A program made the position numbers and the translations under genes. A DNA stretch of 64,000 nt from Clostridia bacterium. Lineage in GTDB: Bacteria > Bacillota > Clostridia > Christensenellales > QALW01. The stretch lies in the NCBI GenBank assembly GCA_045600705.1, contig JAZRYL010000042.1:15833-79832 (forward strand), in the 5' to 3' direction. The notes under the pieces are model-generated. The model did not search any database. It saw nothing but the letters and a program-made list of their open reading frames with translations, and was not told the origin of the DNA. Below are positions 27,333 through 36,743 of this stretch, one piece after another (the stretch's first letter is position 1; each line of letters starts with the position of its first letter).

Positions 27333-27812
27333 TCAGTTATACTTTGCAAGTATATCTTTAACTTCTTTGGGCGTAAGACGTCCGTAAACATCCTCGTTGA
27401 TAGTCATAACGGGTGCAAGACCGCAGCATCCTAAGCAACGTGTGTCCTGAATTGAGAATTTTCCGTCGGGAGTGGTCTGTCCTGCGTTAATGCCGAGAAT
27501 TTTCTTAACTTCGTCAAGAACTGCTGCGCCGCCTTTAACGTAACATGCAGTACCCTGGCAAACGCTTATAACGTTGTCGCCCTTCGGTTCGAGTGTGAAC
27601 TGTGCATAGAATGTTGCTATGCCGTAGATTTCAGCAACGGATGCGCCTGTGTGTGCAGAAATGAATTCCTGAACTTCAAGTGATACGCAGCCGAAAAGCT
27701 TTTGCGCCTGCTGCATAATGGGCATCATTTTGCCTGCATCATCTTGCTTTGATTCGATGAATTTGGCAAGCTCATCAAAAGCAGCCTGCTTTTGTTCCTT
27801 GGTTAAAGCCAT
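27333..27812 (-). CDS. hydC: NuoE-like 2Fe-2S subunit of the hydrogenase (HydC/HndA)
   Basis: 159 aa from the ATG at 27812 (RBS AGGAGGA). Cys motifs VCQGTACYVKGG and CLGCCGLAPV. Confidence 0.9.
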   Translation of the reverse strand: MALTKEQKQAAFDELAKFIESKQDDAGKMMPIMQQAQKLFGCVSLEVQEFISAHTGASVAEIYGIATFYAQFTLEPKGDNVISVCQGTACYVKGGAAVLDEVKKILGINAGQTTPDGKFSIQDTRCLGCCGLAPVMTINEDVYGRLTPKEVKDILAKYN

Positions 27813-28115
27813 TTTTGATTTCCTCCTAAAATTTATGTAATATACGAAAGAGCTTTCTTTCATTTTTTTTGAAAAAAATTGCGCACTGCCGTACATACTT
27901 GGAATTATTATACCACACAACACATAATATTGCACGCATTTTTTTGAATTTTTTTGCAACTTTTTTTGGAAAATGCTTGGATTTTTCTGACATATCGGAC
28001 CGTTCGGTTTTTTCTGCCGAAAAAAAGAGCACATTCGGGACAGAATGTACTCTTAAATAACGTGTGCTGAATAACTGTAAATGCGTTTGGGACGCAAAAC
28101 AAACGTATTAGGATG

Positions 28116-29333
28116 TTATTTTTCTTCCGGAGCATCGCCGCAGTCGGGAACGTCAAGAAGAACACCGCCCATGCAGGCAGATTTATGCGCCACAAGTCCC
28201 GGAATGGTGAAACGAGCCGCTACCCATGCATTTACGGGAGGAAGTTTTCCCGTGCGCACTGCGGTGCAGAAATCGTCAACGAGAAATCTGTGTGAGTTCA
28301 TGTGACCGCTTGACACGGCTAAGAATTCTTCCGTCAGGTGCGGCCGCTCCGCCAATGTTTTATCCTGCGCAGGCGACGGGTCAGTCCACTGATAGCCGTG
28401 GTTTGCCACCGTGTTCTTGTAGTCGGCATCTTGCTTGTTTTCCGTCATTTTGCGGGGATTTACCTTATCACTCACATCGGTAAGCGTTACGCCTTTTTCG
28501 GCAAGTCTTGTAACAAGGTGCTGTGCATTATTGAACTGATATGCGCCTTTTGTTCCGTAAAATGCGGAAACGTAGGAGCTTGGCGCTTTGTAGCCTACTC
28601 TGCGCATTTCATTTATGCGGATAGTGCCGCCCTTTGAAAGTTGCATCAGTGAAAATTCATTTGAAAATTCGTTGTCCCACGGGTTTTCGCCTTTTCTAAA
28701 CGGAGTATTTTCTTCCACGTCACGGTAACCCACGCCCGAAACCTTAACAACGTGGTCGCCTACCGCATAAAGGAGCATTGCGGTGGAATGGGTAGGATAC
28801 AGAAACGGTGGAATAGCCGAATGGGGTCTGTCCTCGATGAACGATTTCGGGAAGTGGGATATATCGTGATGATATTGCGCTTCGCCGTACACGAAATTGC
28901 CGAACGTACCCTTTTCGTATTCTTCCTTGCAGAACATTGAGCAGGGGTAATATATACAGGTTTCGCCCATCATATAAATAAGGTTGGGGAACTGCTTTGC
29001 CGTTTCCACGATTTCTTGGCATTCCTCCACCGTGGAAGCCATGGGCACGGCGGAATAAACGTGCTTTCCCGCCTTAAGCGCACGGCAAACTAAATCTCCG
29101 TGCAGGTGTCTTTGTACGAAAATCGCCACCGCATCAACGTCTTCACGGCTTATTGCTTCCTCAAACGTGGGAATAATTTCCGCACCGAATTTTTCATTAT
29201 ATTCCTTTGCTTTTTCGGGAATTAAGTCACAAACGTAAACCTTGTTCACATAGGGGTGCGTTTGAAAAAGCGGAACAAAAAATCTTGCAAAATCTCCGCA
29301 TCCGATAAAGCAAACCGAAAACTTTTCTTTCAT
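28116..29333 (-). CDS. Gfo/Idh/MocA family oxidoreductase
   Basis: 405 aa from the ATG at 29333 (RBS AAGGAAG). N-terminal Rossmann fold FSVCFIGCGDFARFF and an EKA-type motif DLIPEKAKEY. Confidence 0.75.
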   Translation of the reverse strand: MKEKFSVCFIGCGDFARFFVPLFQTHPYVNKVYVCDLIPEKAKEYNEKFGAEIIPTFEEAISREDVDAVAIFVQRHLHGDLVCRALKAGKHVYSAVPMASTVEECQEIVETAKQFPNLIYMMGETCIYYPCSMFCKEEYEKGTFGNFVYGEAQYHHDISHFPKSFIEDRPHSAIPPFLYPTHSTAMLLYAVGDHVVKVSGVGYRDVEENTPFRKGENPWDNEFSNEFSLMQLSKGGTIRINEMRRVGYKAPSSYVSAFYGTKGAYQFNNAQHLVTRLAEKGVTLTDVSDKVNPRKMTENKQDADYKNTVANHGYQWTDPSPAQDKTLAERPHLTEEFLAVSSGHMNSHRFLVDDFCTAVRTGKLPPVNAWVAARFTIPGLVAHKSACMGGVLLDVPDCGDAPEEK

Positions 29334-29577
29334 AATAAACACTTCCTTTTTGTTTGATTGTAACACGGTATAATGCCGTATTCGATGGAAAAATGATGTA
29401 CACATGTGTATTTTTGTTGCAACAAATTACTGTTTTCGTGCAACTCTTTCTGCATTTTTATTATACTATACCTTTTTTGCATTTTCAAGTTCAATAATTA
29501 AAGCAAAATGTTTGAAAAATAAAGGTTTTTACACTACCCATAGGCGATATTCCGTGAAAAATCTCTTTTTACGGGTA

Positions 29578-29606
29578 TTGACTTTGCTTTTTATATAATG
29601 TACAAT
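29578..29606 (+). promoter_or_regulatory. sigma-A type promoter of the 29672 gene
   Basis: TTGACT, 17 nt, TACAAT. Confidence 0.55.
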
Positions 29607-29671
29607 TTCCTCAAATGCGGTGCGGCGAATAGTCATATTAAACCGCCGTACTATATAAAGGAGAAAAAATT

Positions 29672-30643
29672 ATGATTTGGGCATATTACGTTCAGTTAAG
29701 CACTCACATGTGGGATGACGAAACCGCCGAAAAGAGATTTATCTATCTTCCGCAGGGGTCAACGGGGGAACTGTTTTCGGACTACAAGAACAATCTTATA
29801 GAGGAGTCCGCTTGGGACAAACTTATGAAAGATTTAGCCGAAAAGCACTTTAATACCGTTGTTATCGACTTGGGCGACGGCGTTAAGTGGGATTCTCATC
29901 CGGAAATCTGTGCCGACAATGCGTGGAGCAAGGAACTGTTAAAGAAAAAGTTGGACGAAATCCGTGCTTTGGGAATGACTCCTATTCCGAAAATAAACTT
30001 TTCCGCTTGCCATGACACGTGGATGAAAGAATACAGAAGAATGGTTGGCTCAAGCGTTTATCTTAAATTCTGCGAGGACCTTATTTGCGAGGCGTGCGAA
30101 CTCTTTGACAAGCCCGAACTTTTCCATTTGGGACTTGACGAGGAATGTTCCGAGGGCTGCCACTCACACAGCGAAGCTATGGTTATCCGCGGAACAGAAC
30201 TTCTTTGGCACGATTATCATTTCTTTATGGACGTTTGCCGCAGAAACGACGCAAGACCTTGGATGTGGGCTGACTATTTCTGGGACCGCAACGAACTTTT
30301 CGTTAAGAATGTTCCTACCGATGTGCTTGTTTCCAACTGGTACTACAATAATTTCAGACCGTACACGCAGGAAACATGGCTCACCCGTTCTATGGACGCT
30401 TACGAAAATCTTAACAAGTACGGCTACGACCAGGTGCCGACTTCAAGCCTTGTTGCAGGCGCTATTTCCAACCCTTACGAAACTATGATAAATGCTAAAC
30501 TGAAAATTGACTCAAACAGACTTAAAGGCTTTATGACCGCTCCTTGGTACTCCACCACCGAGGTCAACCTGCCTATGCTTAAAACCGAAGCACACTATTT
30601 TGAATACGGCAGAAAACTCACTTTCCCCGAAACGCTGAAATAA
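29672..30643 (+). CDS. cytoplasmic TIM-barrel-like protein, possibly GH20-like hexosaminidase relative
   Basis: 323 aa with no signal peptide. ALGMTPIPKINFSACHD and FHLGLDEE resemble the GH20 blocks (IPEID.PGH, HIGGDE). The assignment is tentative. Confidence 0.4.
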   Translation: MIWAYYVQLSTHMWDDETAEKRFIYLPQGSTGELFSDYKNNLIEESAWDKLMKDLAEKHFNTVVIDLGDGVKWDSHPEICADNAWSKELLKKKLDEIRALGMTPIPKINFSACHDTWMKEYRRMVGSSVYLKFCEDLICEACELFDKPELFHLGLDEECSEGCHSHSEAMVIRGTELLWHDYHFFMDVCRRNDARPWMWADYFWDRNELFVKNVPTDVLVSNWYYNNFRPYTQETWLTRSMDAYENLNKYGYDQVPTSSLVAGAISNPYETMINAKLKIDSNRLKGFMTAPWYSTTEVNLPMLKTEAHYFEYGRKLTFPETLK

Positions 30644-30646
30644 TCT

Positions 30647-30714
30647 CTCTTACTTTTCTTGTAAGAAAAGTAAGCAAAATAACTTTTGTTTCGCTTTGCG
30701 GCAATAGTTCAAAC
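30647..30714. repeat. intergenic palindromic repeat family, full-length unit (reverse orientation relative to 34387)
   Basis: CTTACTTTTCTTGTAAGAAAAGTAAGCAAAATAACTTTTGTTTCGCTTTGCGGCAATAGTTCAAAC. It begins 4 nt after the stop codon. Confidence 0.75.
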
Positions 30715-30756
30715 TTTATAAAAAACGCCTCGCTTTACACAAGCGAGGTGTTTTGA

Positions 30757-31425
30757 CTATTTCGTAACAGAGTCCCAAAACTTGTCCTGCAATTTTGAGA
30801 ACGCGCCGATAAGCGGAGCATTGATAAATGTAACCGCTACCGTACCTATTCCGATAACATCGAAGCGGAATTTTCCGAAGAAAACGAACATTAGTATAAT
30901 TCCCATACCAAGTGATGAAAAATCGTATATCCACTTGACTTTTGTAAGATTAAACTTAAAATTATCGGCAATTTCCTTTACAACGAGTTCCCAAACAACC
31001 ACGGGAAGCCATGTCTTGAAGAACAGTGCAACGGCAAAAGCGATAAGAATACATCCGATTATTGCAAGAATTATTCGCACAAGCAATGTGTCGGCGGCAA
31101 TCCACGAAAAAACGATATTCCAACCGTCCAAAATCAGGCCGTCCAAAAAAGCCGCTCCAAAGGAAAGCAAATATCTCCACTTGAATTTTCTGATTGTGAT
31201 GCACATTATAAGCAAAACGACCGTTTGCAAAGTGTATTCGGCGGTACCGTAGGTGAACCAACTGAAATACTGTGAAATTTTAAGATGTAAAGCGAACACC
31301 GGCGCTTCTATCATAGACACTCCGAAACTGCTTTTTACCGCAAAGCAGACACCCAACGGGCATAACAGCATTGCAAGAATCCACGAAACGATGGGCTGAA
31401 TTTTATTTCTTTTTTCTAAAGTCAT
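30757..31425 (-). CDS. integral membrane protein (about 6 TM, YczE/YitT-like)
   Basis: 222 aa, hydrophobic throughout. Family assignment is by general resemblance only. Confidence 0.5.
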   Translation of the reverse strand: MTLEKRNKIQPIVSWILAMLLCPLGVCFAVKSSFGVSMIEAPVFALHLKISQYFSWFTYGTAEYTLQTVVLLIMCITIRKFKWRYLLSFGAAFLDGLILDGWNIVFSWIAADTLLVRIILAIIGCILIAFAVALFFKTWLPVVVWELVVKEIADNFKFNLTKVKWIYDFSSLGMGIILMFVFFGKFRFDVIGIGTVAVTFINAPLIGAFSKLQDKFWDSVTK

Positions 31426-31498
31426 TTTATTTTTCTCCGAATTAGAATAAAAACGGGAACCGTTAATTGAACGGGTTCGAATTTGTGTTATTACGCTA

Positions 31499-31524
31499 AA
31501 CGGCTCACAAAAATGTGAGCCGCT
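31499..31524 (-). terminator. hairpin after fhs
   Basis: CGGCTCACA-TTTT-TGTGAGCCG followed by UUUAGCG (weak U tract). Confidence 0.5.
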
Positions 31525-31531
31525 GAATTTA

Positions 31532-33208
31532 TCAGAACAGACCGATTATTTTGCCGTTTTCGTCCACGTCGATTTTTTCTGCGGCGGGAACTTTCGGCAG
31601 ACCGGGCATAGTCATAATATCGCCGGTAAGAACAACAACGAAGCCTGCACCTGCGGACACCTTAACATTCTTGACCGTAACGGTAAAGTCTTCGGGCGCA
31701 CCTATTTTTGTTGGGTCATCGGAAAAACTGTACTGAGTTTTCGCAATGCAAACGGGGCAATTTGAGAAACCGAGTTTTTCAAGCTGTTCGATTTGCTTTT
31801 TGGCATTGGGTAAAACGTTTATACCGCTTCCGCCGTAAACTTTTTTAACAACTGCTTCGATTTTCTCGGTAATTGACATTTCGTCGGTGTAGGAGAATGT
31901 GAAATCTCCCTTTTCTTCTTCGCAAAGGCGAACGACTTCACGGGCAAGAGCCTCGCCGCCTTTTCCGCCGTCAGCCCAAACTGTCGAAAGAACGGTGTTT
32001 ACACCAAGTTCACGGCACTTCTTGATAATGAAATCAATTTCGGCATCCGTATCGGTGGGGAAGCGGTTTACCGCAACTACGCAGGGAAGCTTATATACGT
32101 TTTTAATGTTCGAAACGTGGCGCAAAAGGTTGGGAATACCCTTTTCAAGGGCAGAAAGGTCTTCTGTTCCCAACTGCTTTTTGTCAAGTCCGCCGTGCAT
32201 TTTAAGCGCACGGACGGTGGCAACCATAACTACCGCATCGGGGACAAGTCCTGCCATACGGCACTTGATATCAAGGAATTTTTCGGCACCTAAATCTGCA
32301 CCGAAGCCTGCTTCGGTAACGGTGTAATCGCCCATTTTAAGCGCCATCTGCGTCGCCATAACCGAGTTACAGCCGTGAGCAATGTTGGCAAAAGGTCCGC
32401 CGTGAACAAATGCAGGAGTTCCCTCTAAGGTCTGAACAAGGTTCGGCTTGAGCGCATCTTTAAGAAGTGCGGTCATAGCACCCTGTGCGTGTAAATCGCC
32501 TGCGGTGACCGGCTTGTCGTCATAAGTGTACGCAACGATGATTCTTGCAAGGCGCTCTTTTAAGTCGGAAATCGACGTGGCAAGGCAGAATACCGCCATT
32601 ATTTCGCTTGCAACGGTAATATCGAAGCCGTCTTCACGGGGCGTTCCGTTTACTTTTCCGCCGAGACCGTCCACAACAAAACGAAGTTGACGGTCGTTCA
32701 TATCAACACAGCGCTTCCAGGTTATTTTTTTAACGTCTATTCCGAGAGCGTTGCCCTGCTGAATATGATTGTCAAGCATTGCGGCAAGCAGGTTGTTAGC
32801 GGCACCGATTGCGTGGAAATCTCCCGTGAAATGAAGATTTATGTCTTCCATGGGAACGACCTGGGCATATCCGCCACCTGCCGCACCGCCCTTTATTCCG
32901 AATACGGGACCAAGCGACGGCTCACGAAGCGCAACGGTAACATCCTTGCCGATTCTTGCAAGGCCGTCCGCAAGACCGATGGTGGTGGTCGTTTTGCCTT
33001 CGCCTGCCGGTGTGGGCGTAATTGCGGTTACAAGAATAAGTTTGCCGTTTGCTTTATCTGTATCCGAAAGCAGAGCAGGGTCAATTTTCGCCTTGTAATT
33101 GCCATACTGCTCAAGATATTTTTCGTCAACGTGCGCTCTCTTTGCAATTTCCGTAATGTGCTTCGGTTTGCATTGCTGAGCTATTTCAATATCTGATAAA
33201 TATGCCAT
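31532..33208 (-). CDS. fhs: formate-tetrahydrofolate ligase
   Basis: 558 aa with SDIEIAQ N-terminus, [17 protein letters not shown]-loop and [10 protein letters not shown]. Confidence 0.96.
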   Translation of the reverse strand: MAYLSDIEIAQQCKPKHITEIAKRAHVDEKYLEQYGNYKAKIDPALLSDTDKANGKLILVTAITPTPAGEGKTTTTIGLADGLARIGKDVTVALREPSLGPVFGIKGGAAGGGYAQVVPMEDINLHFTGDFHAIGAANNLLAAMLDNHIQQGNALGIDVKKITWKRCVDMNDRQLRFVVDGLGGKVNGTPREDGFDITVASEIMAVFCLATSISDLKERLARIIVAYTYDDKPVTAGDLHAQGAMTALLKDALKPNLVQTLEGTPAFVHGGPFANIAHGCNSVMATQMALKMGDYTVTEAGFGADLGAEKFLDIKCRMAGLVPDAVVMVATVRALKMHGGLDKKQLGTEDLSALEKGIPNLLRHVSNIKNVYKLPCVVAVNRFPTDTDAEIDFIIKKCRELGVNTVLSTVWADGGKGGEALAREVVRLCEEEKGDFTFSYTDEMSITEKIEAVVKKVYGGSGINVLPNAKKQIEQLEKLGFSNCPVCIAKTQYSFSDDPTKIGAPEDFTVTVKNVKVSAGAGFVVVLTGDIMTMPGLPKVPAAEKIDVDENGKIIGLF

Positions 33209-33251
33209 TTTGATTTCTCCTTTTAAGTGTAAAATTTGCTACACCGCTATA

Positions 33252-33280
33252 ATTGTACCCGAAAAATTCGATTCGGTCAA
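33252..33280 (-). promoter_or_regulatory. sigma-A type promoter of fhs
   Basis: Minus strand TTGACC, 17 nt, TACAAT. Confidence 0.55.
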
Positions 33281-33447
33281 GGCGCATTTTCTCAGTTGGC
33301 TACCGAATGCTTGAACTTGTTCTTTTTATATAAAAAAAGAAAACTTAAAAAAATATCACTTGTATGTTGTGTTTTGTTGATATGGGTGATATACTATAAG
33401 TGAGTGTAAGATTTTTACACAATATTTTATAATAAGGAGTCTTTATT

Positions 33448-34134
33448 ATGAACAACAATCTTTTCAAAAAGGCGCTTGCCGAATTCGTCGGCACGTTCGT
33501 ACTTGTGTTCTTCGCTTGCGGAGTCGCAGCATTTACCGGCGGAAATCTTGTTCCCACCGCACTCACATTCGGACTTGTTATCGTCGCAATGGCTTATTCT
33601 GTGGGAAAAGTTTCGGGATGCCACATTAACCCTGCGGTTTCCATTGCTTGTCTTTTTGACGGCAGAATGAATGTTACCGAATTCATTGTTTATGTAGTTT
33701 CACAAATCGTGGGCGCAGTAGTAGGCGGAATCGCTATTTTCGGAATTGCCAAAATGGGCGGTCTTACTTTGGCAGGCGACGCTTGTAACGCAGTTCTTGC
33801 ACAAAATGCAGGCGGCTACGTTGGTGCAATTTTGACTGAAATCATTCTTACCTGTGTGTTCACATACGTTATTCTTAACGTTACGGATGACAGCGGAGTT
33901 GCAGGCAAAAAAGCAGGAATCATCATCGGTCTTACGCTTACGCTTGTTCACCTTTTGGGAATCAACCTTACCGGAACAAGTGTAAATCCCGCAAGAAGCA
34001 TCGGAACAGCAGTTGCAGCACTTATTTTTAACGGCAACGGAACACCTCTTGGCCAGGTTTGGGTATTTATTGTTGCTCCTCTTGCAGGCGGAATTTTGTC
34101 CGTAATGCTTTATAAGGCACTTAATAAAAAGTAA
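33448..34134 (+). CDS. aqpZ: MIP-family channel (aquaporin Z-like)
   Basis: 228 aa with two NPA boxes (HINPAVS, SVNPARS) and six TM helices. Confidence 0.88.
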   Translation: MNNNLFKKALAEFVGTFVLVFFACGVAAFTGGNLVPTALTFGLVIVAMAYSVGKVSGCHINPAVSIACLFDGRMNVTEFIVYVVSQIVGAVVGGIAIFGIAKMGGLTLAGDACNAVLAQNAGGYVGAILTEIILTCVFTYVILNVTDDSGVAGKKAGIIIGLTLTLVHLLGINLTGTSVNPARSIGTAVAALIFNGNGTPLGQVWVFIVAPLAGGILSVMLYKALNKK

Positions 34135-34267
34135 TTTACGGTACTTAAAAGTCGTCATTGCAACAGAAAGCGGAACAGATAAACGAAATAATCCAAAAAT
34201 AAACAGTCCGGAAAAAATTTTTCGGACTGTTTTTATACATTTGTTTAGTGAATTTTCAGGGATAACG

Positions 34268-34322
34268 ATTGAACTGTTACCGCAAAGCGAAATAAAAGTT
34301 CTTTTGCTTACTTTTCTTACAA
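34268..34322. repeat. intergenic palindromic repeat family, truncated unit
   Basis: GATTGAACTGTTACCGCAAAGCGAAATAAAAGTTCTTTTGCTTACTTTTCTTACAA. Only the left half of the palindrome is present. Confidence 0.7.
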
Positions 34323-34386
34323 AATGAATTTATTGTCAAAGAGTTGTACCTGTTATTATAATCTGCCGAGGGGTTTTTGAGAAAAG

Positions 34387-34528
34387 ATTGAACTGTTACC
34401 GCAAAGCGAGGTAAAAGTTCTTTTGCTTACTTTTCTTACAAGAAAAGTAAGGAAGCAGTTCTTTTTGTTTCCTTTTCTTTCAAGAAAAGGAAAGAAACCG
34501 TTTTCTTTCCCAAAAGAAAAGTATGGTA
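34387..34528. repeat. intergenic palindromic repeat family, head plus three hairpin units
   Basis: GATTGAACTGTTACCGCAAAGCGAGGTAAAAGTTCTTTTG, then CTTACTTTTCTTACAAGAAAAGTAAG, TTCCTTTTCTTTCAAGAAAAGGAAA and CTTTCCCAAAAGAAAAG. It ends at the purH stop codon. Confidence 0.75.
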
Positions 34529-34529
34529 A

Positions 34530-35714
34530 TCAATGGTGGAACAGACGCATACCGGTAAATGCCATTGCCATACCGTACTTATCGGCACATTCGATAACAA
34601 GGTCGTCACGAATAGAGCCGCCCGGCTCGGCAATATATTTTACACCGCTTCGATTTGCACGTTCGATGTTGTCGCTGAAGGGGAAGAATGCGTCAGAACC
34701 GAGAGCAACACCGTCAAAGGAATCAAGATACAACCTTATTTCCTCACTTGTAAGCGGTTCGGGGCGACGGGTAAAGTATTTCTGCCATATTCCGTTGGCG
34801 CAAACGTCTTCCTCGTTTTTGTTAATGTAGCCGTCAATAACGTTGTCACGGTCGGGACGTCCGAGAGTAGGCAGGAAAGGAAGTTGAAGAACTTTTTCGT
34901 GCATACGCAGGAACCATGTATCAGCCTTGCTTCCCGCAAGACGGGTGCAGTGAATTCGTGACTGCTGACCTGCGCCGACGCCGATAGCCTGACCGTCGTA
35001 AGCGTAGCACACGGAATTCGACTGAGTATATTTAAGAACAATAAGCGAAATTATCAAGTCACGAACGGCACTTTCGGGCAAAGACCTGTTTTCCGTCACA
35101 ATGTTGGAAAGCAGTTCACGACCGATTTTGAAATTGTTTCTGCCCTGCTCAAAGGTGATTCCGAAAACCTGCTTGCGTTCCACAGGTTCGGGAACGTAGT
35201 TTTCGTCAATTTTAACAATATTGTAGTTGCCCTTGCGCTTGGTTTTAAGAATTTCAAGTGCTTCGTCGGTGTATCCGGGTGCAATTATTCCGTCGGAAAC
35301 CTCTCGCTTGAGCATAAGCGCAGTAGTCTTGTCACAAACGTCCGAAAGTGCCACCCAGTCGCCGAACGAACACATACGGTCGGTGCCTCTTGCACGGGCA
35401 TAAGCGCAGGCAATGGGGGAGTCGTCAAGACCTTCCACATCGTCAACAAAGCACGCTTTTTTCAGTTTTTCGGGAAGTTTTATTCCCACCGCCGCAGAAG
35501 TAGGACTAACATGCTTGAATGATGCCGCCGCAGGCAAATTAAGTGCTTCTTTAAGTTCTTTTACAAGCTGCCACGAGTTGAACGCATCTAAAAAATTGAT
35601 ATATCCCGGCTTTCCGCACAGAATTTCAATGGGAAGGTCACTTCCGTCCTGCATAAAGATTCTTGACGGCTTTTGATTGGGATTGCAGCCGTATTTAAGT
35701 TCAAATTCGTTCAT
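34530..35714 (-). CDS. purH: AICAR formyltransferase (PurH transformylase domain only, no MGS-like IMP cyclohydrolase domain)
   Basis: 394 aa with LKYGCNPNQ N-terminus, GVGAGQQSRIHCTRLA and GSDAFFPF. Confidence 0.88.
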   Translation of the reverse strand: MNEFELKYGCNPNQKPSRIFMQDGSDLPIEILCGKPGYINFLDAFNSWQLVKELKEALNLPAAASFKHVSPTSAAVGIKLPEKLKKACFVDDVEGLDDSPIACAYARARGTDRMCSFGDWVALSDVCDKTTALMLKREVSDGIIAPGYTDEALEILKTKRKGNYNIVKIDENYVPEPVERKQVFGITFEQGRNNFKIGRELLSNIVTENRSLPESAVRDLIISLIVLKYTQSNSVCYAYDGQAIGVGAGQQSRIHCTRLAGSKADTWFLRMHEKVLQLPFLPTLGRPDRDNVIDGYINKNEEDVCANGIWQKYFTRRPEPLTSEEIRLYLDSFDGVALGSDAFFPFSDNIERANRSGVKYIAEPGGSIRDDLVIECADKYGMAMAFTGMRLFHH

Positions 35715-35723
35715 ATTTTCACC

Positions 35724-36443
35724 TCATTTATTGGAATTTATCAGTCGGTTTTCTTCTTTTCCGCTTTCAAGGTCGGTGTAACGAACATAAAGCGAAATTC
35801 GGTTGTCGCGGTCAAGTGCATTCCATAACAAATCGGTAAAGTCGTCGATACTGTCGGGAATAGCCACACGTTCCGGCTCGCCCACAAAGGTGGGAAGGGG
35901 ATTTCCGTCGCAAACGTAGGTATGAATAAAATGCCCGAGTCCGTTTATCGGCGCATAGGAAAAAGTAAATCTGTTGCACGCAGAACCGTTTTCGTCGGCA
36001 CTTTTGAGAATACTCATTTCGTATGTGAAGTTATTTTCGGAAAAATCAAGTATTCCGCTTATTCTCGGAGTAAAATTCGGGGCGTCGGGTTCAAATTCCC
36101 GTGAAACAAGTGAAGATGCAAAGGATTTTCCGCTTTTAATTCCCTCAAAAACCGTGTCGGTTTGATCACCGTTTGTCACTATCAGTTTGTTCCCGATTTT
36201 CTTTTGCGCAGGATAGATAATAAGGCTCGGATCTTCAACCTTGGATGCATCAAAAGGCTGAGTGTAAAGCACACCGTCCTTTTCAACAAAAATGCGGTTG
36301 CGGCTGTTGGCACTTCTGCCCATAATAAAATACGCCGAAACGGCACTTTTTCCGTTCTGCGACTTGCCGATAACGATGCCTCGCCCAACGTAACTGTTGT
36401 TGCGTATAAGTTCGCCGATGTTGTGAATTTCGTAAACGTTCAT
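35724..36443 (-). CDS. purO: IMP cyclohydrolase, PurO (archaeal) type
   Basis: 239 aa from the ATG at 36443 (RBS AGGAGA). YVGRGIVIGKSQNGKSAVSAYFIMGRSANSRNRIF matches the PurO-family N-terminus as I recall it. The track ORF start at 36617 would run through the riboswitch. Confidence 0.75.
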   Translation of the reverse strand: MNVYEIHNIGELIRNNSYVGRGIVIGKSQNGKSAVSAYFIMGRSANSRNRIFVEKDGVLYTQPFDASKVEDPSLIIYPAQKKIGNKLIVTNGDQTDTVFEGIKSGKSFASSLVSREFEPDAPNFTPRISGILDFSENNFTYEMSILKSADENGSACNRFTFSYAPINGLGHFIHTYVCDGNPLPTFVGEPERVAIPDSIDDFTDLLWNALDRDNRISLYVRYTDLESGKEENRLINSNK

Positions 36444-36462
36444 ATTCTTTCTCCTTTTTTTT

Positions 36463-36618
36463 GAAAAATAAAAGGGCACAGATTTACATTGGCGTGACTT
36501 TAAGAATGTTACGCTAACGTAAAACTGTGCCCAGACGGTCGGCATATAAGGTTCCCGCTCCCATGCAGTTGCCTGCTTTGCGAATTTTTTTCGCATTTCC
36601 GTCAGTAACGGGGACACA
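36463..36618 (-). promoter_or_regulatory. ZTP (pfl-motif) riboswitch with overlapping intrinsic terminator
   Basis: Minus-strand 5' subdomain CCCCGUUACUGACGG..UGGGAGCGGGAAC and 3' subdomain CCGACCGUCUGGGCA. The pseudoknot pair GACGG/CCGUC covaries relative to the usual GGCG/CGCC. The terminator GGGCACAG..CUGUGCCC-UUUUAUUUUU reuses the GGGCA of the aptamer. Confidence 0.72.
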
Positions 36619-36621
36619 TAA

Positions 36622-36650
36622 AGAATAACACGGTAAATTGATTATGTCAA
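36622..36650 (-). promoter_or_regulatory. sigma-A type promoter of the ZTP-purO-purH unit
   Basis: Minus strand TTGACA, 17 nt, TATTCT, ending a few nt before the aptamer. Confidence 0.6.
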
Positions 36651-36743
36651 TCAAATTAGTTCGTACCGCTTCGAATAATACTCGAAATCGGCAGAACATA
36701 CCTTATATTATATATAAGGCGAATTTGGACGGCTTTTGAAGAA

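Noticed and set aside
34423-34830. 135-aa plus-strand ORF overlapping the repeats and the purH 3' end
   Set aside because: Its N-terminal half is repeat read-through and its C-terminal half is antisense to purH.
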